Shown one piece after another: positions 36,960 through 45,447 of a DNA stretch of 45,447 bases (position 1 is the stretch's first letter; each line of letters begins with the position of its first letter). The stretch lies in NCBI RefSeq assembly GCF_006345805.1, contig NW_021834808.1, positions 1 through 45,447 on the forward strand, in the 5' to 3' direction. The notes under the pieces are model-generated. The model was not told the origin of the DNA and did no database searches. It saw only the letters and a program-made list of their open reading frames with translations. This DNA comes from Octopus sinensis (taxonomy: Eukaryota). The translations under genes and the position numbers were made by a program.

Positions 36960-39900
36960 ATGGTCAAGATTGGTTGTGTGAATGCGCGTGGCTTGGGGTC
37001 TCCTTGGAAACAAGGATACCTCCTAAATGACATCAAGTCACTGATCTGGGAATCATAGCTATAAGTGAGATCAGACTCCACGAGCCCGGGCCCTAAAGTC
37101 CATGTTTGGCGGACAGTTTAACATTTATTTCGCTCCCTGTCTGCCGAGGATGGGCGGTAGTGGCACCGCGGTACTTTTTCACAAGAGCCTGGATCTCGAA
37201 GTCAAGACGATATTCGTAGACCCGGAGGGTAGACTGATCGTTCTGGATGTTGACGGCAGCAATGGGTGCGCTTTTCGACTCGTATCAGTCTACGCACCGC
37301 CCTAACAGGTCGGGCGGATTTCTTTCGACGTCTAGAAGTATTCTTGGAACGTCTCGTCCTTTACTCTTAGTGGGGGATTGGAATGCTACCTTGGACACGC
37401 ATGTAGACTACGTGGGTAGAGACAGAAACAGAAGGGGATGCAAATGCCTCAGAGACCTGCTCAGACGATTCCAACTGTCTGACAGGTACCGACTCGACCA
37501 CCCAAATGCACCAACGTGGACATGGAGCAACCGCAGTGGGTCGTCGAGATCGTATCTAGATAGGATACTGTGTAGGACAGTAGACAAGGATAACTTAGGA
37601 TGTCCACAATTCCACGCAGTCAGCTACACGGATCACAAATTGGTGACGTGTACGCTAGACTTAGATAAGGCACATAGACAGGGTCCTGGTACTGGAAACT
37701 GAACGCCTCATTCCCGTCCAGACAAGTTTTCAGAGACCGGATTAGCACACTAGTAAGAGGGCTTTGACGGGAGCCATCATCAACAACAACAATGGTGGTT
37801 TGCCCTCAAGAGAGCAGTAAAAGCAGAAGCGATTAGGTACAGCAAAGCACTAGCCATAGATAGAAATAGAGTAGAGGGTGAGCTAGTTAAGAAGCTAGAA
37901 GAGGCAATAGAAGCGGCATCGCATCCGACGTTTTGGCGGCGAGGTTGGCCCTCGACCAACACTTCAACGCCAAACACGAAGGATGTGCTGTCAGAGCTAG
38001 GATGCGTGCTCTAAGGAACGAAGGTGTTGGAGCCGCGAGAGAGGCCCGGGTGGCAGAGGCGCAACAGGGCAACAAAGCCACCATTCGGTCACTGGTAGAT
38101 GAACAGGGGCCCGAATTGCTCGAGCCAAGTAAAATGTGTGAGGCCTTTCAGCAGCATTTTGCCCGACTGTTCGGGACGAGTGGAGGGCAAGAACGTGGGT
38201 GGACTTCAGTGCCTACCTACATAGCCTGCCACGACTCTCGACAAAGAGGCAGGGTGCTGCGAAGGTGCCATCACGGCGGCGGAAGTGCAGGAAGCGATAG
38301 CAGAATGCTCGAGGACAAATCACCGGGTTTGGATGGTCTGCCCTACGAGTTTTACAATTGTATGCCAGACTTGTTTGGAGACGTCTTGGCAGCGGTATAC
38401 TGCAACTGGCAGCAAAACGGGAGCATACCCGTTTTATGAGTCGAGGAGCTGTACTCTGCTGAAGAAAGATCCAAACAAGGAACATTATAGATAACTTTAG
38501 ACCAATCACGCTGCTCAATGCAGACCTGAAAATTTTGACAAAGGTGTTATCCAAGAGGTTGGCGCTTGTCATCGAGAAAGTGGTCGACAACGCACAAACG
38601 TGCGCCGTGCCGGGCCGGAGCATCCATGACAACCTCCATCTGATGCGCTACATCATAGACAGGGTAGTTAACGAAGCTGGCATGGGTGGGGCCCTGATCA
38701 ACTGGATCAATCGAAAGCCTTTGATAGGTAGACCATCGATACTTGGAGGCAGTCCTGAGAGCGGCTGGTTTCGGTCCCGTCTTCCGCGGCTGGATAGCTG
38801 CCTTGTACAGAGGCATCCGTTCGGTAATTCGCGTAAATGGACATCTATCGAGACCTTTCGACATTGCACGTTCGGTCCGTCAGGGATGCCCCCTCTCGGC
38901 GCTTCTATACGTATTGACTCTTGAGCCACTACTGCGGAAGCTGGCGACTCTGAGGGGCATCCCGCGAGAATTGGGATGCGGGACGAGCGTGTCTGCATAC
39001 GCGGACGACGTCACCGTCGTAGTGTCAAGCCACGAGCACATCGAGCGGGTCGGCGAGACACTGAAAGACTACGAAGCGGTGACAGGAGCAAAAATCAACC
39101 GGGAAAAGTCAGTGGGCTTGCGGCTCGGCACCTGGAGAAGCAAGCCCATGCTGTCCACCAGTACCTCCGTCGTGGGACGCTGGACAGACGGCCCGGTTGA
39201 GTTGCTCGGGGTCTGGTTCGGTCCGGACCTCCAAATGGAGAAGAACTGGAACGAGATAACGAGTAGGGTGGTCACTCTCGCCCAGCAATGGGCCGAGAGG
39301 AAACTGTCCCTAAAAGGTCGGGCGGAGGTGGCGAACGCGTACATCGCGTCCATCATCTACTACCGCCTGACCGTCGTACCTTGTCCCGACCCTACCATCA
39401 CCAAACTAGAACGCATCCTCTTCCGCTTCTTGTGGAAAGGATGCGTCTCGATGGTCAGGCGATCCATTTGCTGTCAACACCCGTTAAAAGGAGGGCTGGG
39501 CATGCCGTGGTTGATGAGGCGCAGACACGCGCTGAGACTGCGACATCTCCGGCTCTATGTAGACGACGGTGAACAGGTGTGGTCGCCGTTTGTGAGGCAC
39601 GCATTCCCGCAACTTGTCTCCATGACCGAACTGCAGTCGTGGATCAAAAAGAGGCCGAGGAAGGGCGAATGGCACCGCGAGTGTCGCGTTGCTCTCAAGC
39701 AACTCTGCCGTCCCGGGTCGACCTTGAGTGACTTCAACACAACCAAAGCATTCTATAGGGGATTAGTGGAGGGGAGGTACGACGACGAGCTCGGGGCAAA
39801 CCTGGGCGTCGACGAGGAATACCTGACCCGCCTGTTTCAAACGACTTTCGGCCCGGGACCTATGGACAACTTCCAGAGATCCCTGGCCTGGCGGTGCTAC

Positions 39901-40383
39901 CGAGAAGCGCTACCCGTTCGGGATAAGCTCTATAGGCATGGCTCGAGAAACACGGGGCCGACCTGCCCGAGATGCGGGCAGAGCGACGAAACCGCTCTGC
40001 ACGCAATCGTGCAGTGTCCAGCAATTTCCGACCTGTGGGCTTATGTCGAACGACTGCTGTCACGTGTGGGACGTGTCGGTTTATCAGCCGAGTCTATCGT
40101 TAATATCGTCACGCCTCCTTCCTTCAAACGGGAAGGAAGAGCTATTTTTATCATACTTGTGGCTATGGCGAAAGAATGTATCTGGTGGACGCGCCTGAAA
40201 GGATTAGAGACAAACACTTTCCTCTCTGGTCAATCTCTCATCAACTTCTTCAAGTATCACTTGAAGAGGAAAGTGAGAGTAGAGAGGCAAGTTTTGTCTA
40301 GTGAATGTTTTAAAAAAAGATGGGTGAATGTAGCAAGGATGGCACGTATGAATGACGAAGCAACCTTGACTATGATTCTATGA
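36960..40383 (+). pseudogene. LINE ORF2: APE endonuclease, reverse transcriptase and C-terminal CCHC; 5' half frameshifted, last 546 codons open
   Basis: MVKIGCVNARGL..E; GTAVLF; VSVYAP; GDWN; YLDR; TDH; KSPGLDGLPYEFY; RPITLLNADLKIL; KAFDRV; VRQGCPLS; YADD (38998-39009); CPRC..ETALHAIVQC. Confidence 0.95.
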
Positions 40384-40759
40384 ACCGTAAAAATTAATAC
40401 AGAGAGTTGCTTAATTGCAAAAAAAAAAAAAAAGAAATATAACATGTGACTTCATTGACCGAGGTTACCGTGGTCTTTTCCGTAGGCTTTTCTTTCCACG
40501 GGTAAACCTCACCTGTTCTCCCCTTTACACTTCATATTGACATTTCTGTGATAACGATCCCTATTGATCAATTTTTTTGCTCTCCCCCCCCCTTTTTTTT
40601 TTTTTTATTAACCCCTCCCTTTTTTTTAGTCCTCTTTCTTTCCTTTTATGATCCCTTTTGATCGAAAACCACCACTCCCCTTTTTTACCCCCAAAAGAAA
40701 AGCTCTACCTTGTAATTTGTTCTATCTGTGTGCAGCCCTGTGTGGCTAATAAAGAAACA

Positions 40760-40798
<39 letters not shown>

Positions 40799-40832
40799 GC
40801 ATGTATACATGTACACACACACACACACACAT

Positions 40833-40914
<82 letters not shown>
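40760..40914. repeat. (TATC)n tail/target, then (CA)n and (TA)n
   Basis: Direct reading. Confidence 0.92.
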
Positions 40915-40920
<6 letters not shown>

Positions 40921-41570
40921 TAAGTAAAGAGTAAGCCACGTTTTGAACTAAGTAGAATTTGTACCGAATTTTTGCAGAGGTTTGGATTGTATTTAAACTT
41001 GTTTTTGCAATTGTCTGATAATACAGACATAGAATTACCCAAATCAATCAATATCTTAACATTGATTTTTTTTCACCGATCTTACAATCATCTGAAATGG
41101 AACTGTCAAAGCGCGATATTCGAGCAATTTTGATATTCAACTTCAAAATAAGATGTAAAGCAGCTGAAACCGCTCGCGATGTCAACGAAACGTTTGGTCA
41201 GCTCGAAAATGGTTTAAATGATTTCGCAATGGAGACCCGAGCGTTGAAGTTCGTGAGAGCAGTGGACGCCCATCTATCATCGATAGCAGTCAATTAAAGA
41301 CTGTTATTGAGAAAGATCCACGTAAAACCACTCGAGAACTGGCAAAAGAATTTTGAGTTACCAGAAAACAGGCTGCAACCATTTGCATGCGATCGGAAAA
41401 TCAAAAAATCTCGACAAATGGGTACCACACGATTTGAATAAAAATCAGAAAATGCGCGGATATGAAATTTACTCGTTGCTTCTTCTTCGTAACCAAATTG
41501 ATCCATTTCTCAACCGTATTGTAACTTGCAATGAAAAGTGGATTCTGTACTATAATAAAAAAACGAGTAC
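40915..41570 (+). mobile_element. 5' half of a third mariner family
   Basis: TIR-like start TAAGGTTAAGTAAAG after (TA)n; ATG at 41097: [55 protein letters not shown]. Stops at the first catalytic motif. Confidence 0.88.
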
Positions 41571-41574
41571 TCGA

Positions 41575-41928
41575 CTCGAACCTTCAAAGTGGAAATATTT
41601 TATTTTTACCTTTATATCTGGGACGTAGGACGGCCCGGATAAAAATCTAAAATGTCCTCCCAGAAGTAGAAGTAGGCTGGATTGTAGCCACACTTCTATA
41701 CAAGAGGGAGGACAAGATCTAATTGATCAAAATTGCAAGACACGGGTCTACAATTCCAGTGTGTTATATATTTTGAGTATTGTTATCACTAGCGATATCA
41801 AGATATAACTTTGTATTTTATTTGTAGATGTATATATATATAGATGTACTTGTAATATGTACACATATATATACACATACATACATGCACTTGCACTATG
41901 ACCCGGCAACGATGGGTCATAATGCTAG
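41575..41928 (+). mobile_element. Non-autonomous Helitron-like element; only the 3' end is well supported
   Basis: Hairpin TATGACCC-GGCAACGAT-GGGTCATA (41897-41921) followed by ATG-CTAG (41925-28) and T, the established Helitron 3' signature. The 5' TC end is not securely located. Confidence 0.5.
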
Positions 41929-41975
41929 TATATATATATATATATATATATATAGTATATATATAATATGACGAT

Positions 41976-42298
41976 GTGAAGGCGCATGGCTCAGTGGTTA
42001 GAGCCTCGGATCACAATCATGATGTAGTGAGTTCGATTCCCGGATCAGGTGGTGTGTTGTGTTCTTGAGCAAGACACTTTAATTCACATTGCTCCAGTTC
42101 ACTCAGCTATTGTTGCAACGTCACTGGTGCCAAGCTGTATCGATCCTTTTACCATTCCCTTGGATAACATCGGTGGTGTGGAGAGGGAAGGCTGGTATTC
42201 ATGGGCGACTGTTGTTCTTCCATAAACAACCTAGTCAGGACTTGTATCCTGGTAGGGGAACTTCTTAGGTGCAATTCATGACCGAAGGGGGTCTTTAC
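41976..42298 (+). mobile_element. tRNA-derived SINE, family E
   Basis: A box TGGCTCAGTGG (41987-97), B box GAGTTCGATTCC (42029-40), then CTTGAGCAAGACACTT, a CORE/Meta-like conserved-domain start. Confidence 0.75.
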
Positions 42299-43388
42299 TC
42301 TTTTACAGGGTGACCATATATTACCTAAAATAAATGATAACTCATCAGAGTTTGTGAAAATTTTCTGTTGTTTCTAATAAAACTTTATTTGTTTGCCTAT
42401 ACTTTCCGATAAACTCTATTCAGTTATCCTTCTTTTCCGTTTCATTACTATCAAATCTATCAAATTGTAAAGGTATTTTATGGATACTCTGCATAATGTA
42501 CAATAAAGCTAATAGTTTAAAATACCAAAGATGTACACAGGAACGAAATGTCAGGAACTCCTATGCTACACTACTAATTCCCAGCCAAAGGTTCAATCCC
42601 ACATTGTAACTTGTTCGTATTTATTAGTGAAGCAAATTATGATGTTAATTAGGCGCGAAGGGAATAGACTAGAATGTTCACGTAATCAAAATCTTAATAA
42701 TGATTATTTATAGAATAGAGTTAAAGGTGAAGAATAAGACTGTGTGAGAGAAACGAAGATAATTATGAAGTAATTATAATCATATTTTATTAGCATATTT
42801 CAATTTCAATTTAATTGATTGTTCATTTATTTCCAAAACCTTTAACATCTGTTAAACAATTTAGATAAATAGTTCTTCGCAGTGAAATTTAGCAGCGTCC
42901 AATCCTGAGTGAAATGCGCAGCTCTGAAATCACTCAGTTTGTAATTACATCAGCTTTCTCTCTCTCTCTCTCTCTCTCTCGCTCTCTCCCACACTGCTTT
43001 CTTACCTGCCTCTCTCTTCACATACACATACACACACACACACTCACACACGCACATACACACAGATATACATGTGTATATATGAATATATACATATGTA
43101 TATATAGCCTATGTGTGCGTGTGTATGTATGTATGTATACATATATATATGTATATGCGTATGTGTATGTTTAAATACACGTATATATATAGATATACAT
43201 ATACGTATATACACACAGACACACAGACAGTCGCACGCACACATATATACTTATACCTCATTTAATATATTGCATTTGTGTTTAAGCACCGTAAAATTCA
43301 TCCATTTTATATAAGAACTCAATTCCTAACATCGTTTAAACTCCAATAAATAAATTACTTCACAGCAATATTCGTAAGTGAATTAATG

Positions 43389-43441
<53 letters not shown>

Positions 43442-43801
43442 GTATGTATGTGTGTGTGTGTGAGTGTGTGTGTGTGTATGTGTGTATGTGTACGTATATT
43501 TATACACATTGATTAGAGACATGAGAATGGTAAAGCAGCAAAGATGTCTCGAATGATTCATGATTTAATTCTAATCTACAGCTGTTTCAACGTTTAGCAT
43601 ACAAAGTCATTACTCATGTCATTTGGCAATAAATACATGTATTATATAAGAAATTATATAAGAAATTACAAGTGCAACCAGAAAGCCACCGTATTTGTTG
43701 GAATGTATGACTGTCTGTCTGTCTACGACCGCTAATCCCCAAGATTACCAAACCCAGCGCTTGTCTTGCGGGTGTATACACATGCCTATATATATATATA
43801 T

Positions 43802-44814
43802 ATGAGGGCAAAGGAAAAAAATTCTAATGCCAAATATGCCGAAAAAGTGGACATATTGTCCATTAACCATATAATTTTTTCACAATACGCACGCTACTCG
43901 AAAAAAGGTCGACAGAAATTTCTAAAAAAATCCATTATTACCATATCGGACCGATTTCAGAGTTAGCTACTAAGAGCCCTCTCTTCGTCAGTGATACATG
44001 TGGCAAAAGAAATAAATGAGATACTTACTCATACCCATGGAAAAAGCAAATACTAAGTCACGGGCACAACTAAGAACCCCAAATACATCCAAGATAGAAA
44101 TACTTCAGCCCATTCGAGGCACGTGCGATTTGAACTGAGGCTCTCACAGAGTGAGTTAGTTAGTTCGGAAGTGAACGCTTAAATTTATATCAAATGTGAG
44201 GATAAAATTCTTTTCGAAAAAAAAGAAAAATTTTCTCAAAAAAATTTTCATCAGTGGCTAGCATATTAAAAAAATACCTTTAACGGTTAAATTTATAAAC
44301 AATTCATAAATGAGGGCAAAGGAAAAAAATTCTAATGCCAAATATGCCGAAAAATTGGACATATTGTCCATTAACCATATAATTTTTTCACAATACGATT
44401 TTTTCAAATCGCACGTACCTCGAATGGGCTGGAGTATTTCTATTTTGGATGTATTTGGGGTACTTTAGTTGTGCCCGTGACTTAGAATTTGCTTTTTCCA
44501 TGGGTATGAGTAAGTATCTCATTTATTTCTTTTGCCACATGTATCACTGACGAAGAGATGGTTCTTAGTAGCTAACTCTGAAATCGGTCCGATATGGTAA
44601 TAATGGATTTTTTTAGAAATTTCTGTCGACCTTTTTTCGTATTGTGAAAAAATTATATGGCTAATGGACAATATGTCCAATTTTTCGGCATATTTGGCAT
44701 TAGAATTTTTTTCCTTTCCCTCATTTATGAATTGTTTATAAATTTAACCATTAAAGGTATTTTTAATATGCTGGCCATTGATAAAATGTTTTTCGAGGAA
44801 AAGAATTTTATCCT

Positions 44815-44826
<12 letters not shown>
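43802..44826. repeat. Complex foldback: blocks A-B-x-D-A-B'-A'-D' between (TA)n tracts
   Basis: A 43802-43889; B 43901-44134; D 44187-44309; A 44310-44397; B' 44403-44637; A' 44638-44724; D' 44725-44826. Confidence 0.9.
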
Positions 44827-44890
<64 letters not shown>

Positions 44891-44900
44891 ATATATAATA
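44827..44900. repeat. (TA)n microsatellite
   Basis: Direct reading. Confidence 0.95.
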
Positions 44901-45447
44901 TATATATCATGGATAATAATAATAAAGGATTGGTTTACACCTGGTAGCTTACTGGTAAAGTATGGTCACTTTCAGAGTGACCATTAGGTAAATAACAAAT
45001 GAAAGAGAGAAGATGGAATATACGAGAATATATATTATTAATCACAACAACTGTATCGATGCATCTGCCATCGACTCCTCTTGGGGGCACACAAAAACTG
45101 GTTCAGGAGTATCCGGTGGTGCAGACGTATCTCGTCGACTAATAAATGAATAAATGATATAAACTCGTTGAAATGACTGTTCCATAATGCAACTTACCGT
45201 TTTGTAGAGAGAAAAACAGCCAGATGGAGGAACATTCTTCATATATATAGAAGATCCAAAAATAAAATTGCAGAAGACAAATAGAGAAACGAACACTTAA
45301 TCCAGCGACACGACTTAAATTTACTGTAAACCTGGCTGTTCTTCTAAGCACCTACTAAATATCTAACTCGCTTTGTAATCATGAGTGCGTCTAACCTTGC
45401 GTGTGCGTATGCTCCCATTTTTGCTAATGCTTGTATGAGCTTGTGTA

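Larger units (their letters stand above)
34750..40760 (+). mobile_element. Near-full-length, decayed Tx1/L1-superfamily LINE
   Basis: Two-ORF layout (CCHC ORF1; APE-RT-CCHC ORF2); 3' UTR ends AATAAAGAAACA followed directly by (TATC)n. The 5' boundary is uncertain (34578-34790). Confidence 0.92.

Noticed and set aside
43968-43992. CUGACGA-AGAG/CUCU hairpin in foldback block B as a hammerhead
   Set aside because: No GAAA or stem I/III follows in either copy.
44962-44984. 9-bp hairpin ATGGTCACT-TTCAG-AGTGACCAT, similar to CAGGGTGACCAT at ~42306
   Set aside because: It could be transposon TIR remnants, but the orientation and lack of a TSD do not define an element, and a chance palindrome is plausible.

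Overview
This is eukaryotic, AT-rich, repeat-saturated intergenic or intronic DNA, most likely from a cephalopod (Octopus). That assignment is an inference from the SINE families and the extreme microsatellite load. No intact host gene can be supported, and most ORFs in the track are microsatellite read-through. Contents: (1) a near-full-length, decayed Tx1/L1-superfamily LINE (~34.75-40.76 kb: gag-like CCHC ORF1, APE-RT-CCHC ORF2) plus two 5'-truncated copies, all three embedded in (TATC)n/(GATA)n repeats; (2) a 3' fragment of an R4/Dong-type restriction-like-endonuclease LINE sitting in (CATA)n; (3) three distinct mariner relics, one full-length and close to Hsmar1; (4) at least four tRNA-derived SINE families, one with a 3' tail homologous to the Tx1 LINE; (5) several minimal type-I hammerhead ribozyme motifs with palindromic stem III, three of them in inverted terminal duplications typical of Penelope-like elements; (6) a Helitron-like 3' end; (7) a ~1 kb direct-plus-inverted foldback structure. 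The most interesting signals are the apparent GATA-microsatellite-specific Tx1 LINE with a partner SINE, and the hammerhead/inverted-repeat modules. All alignments and folds were done by eye and need computational confirmation.
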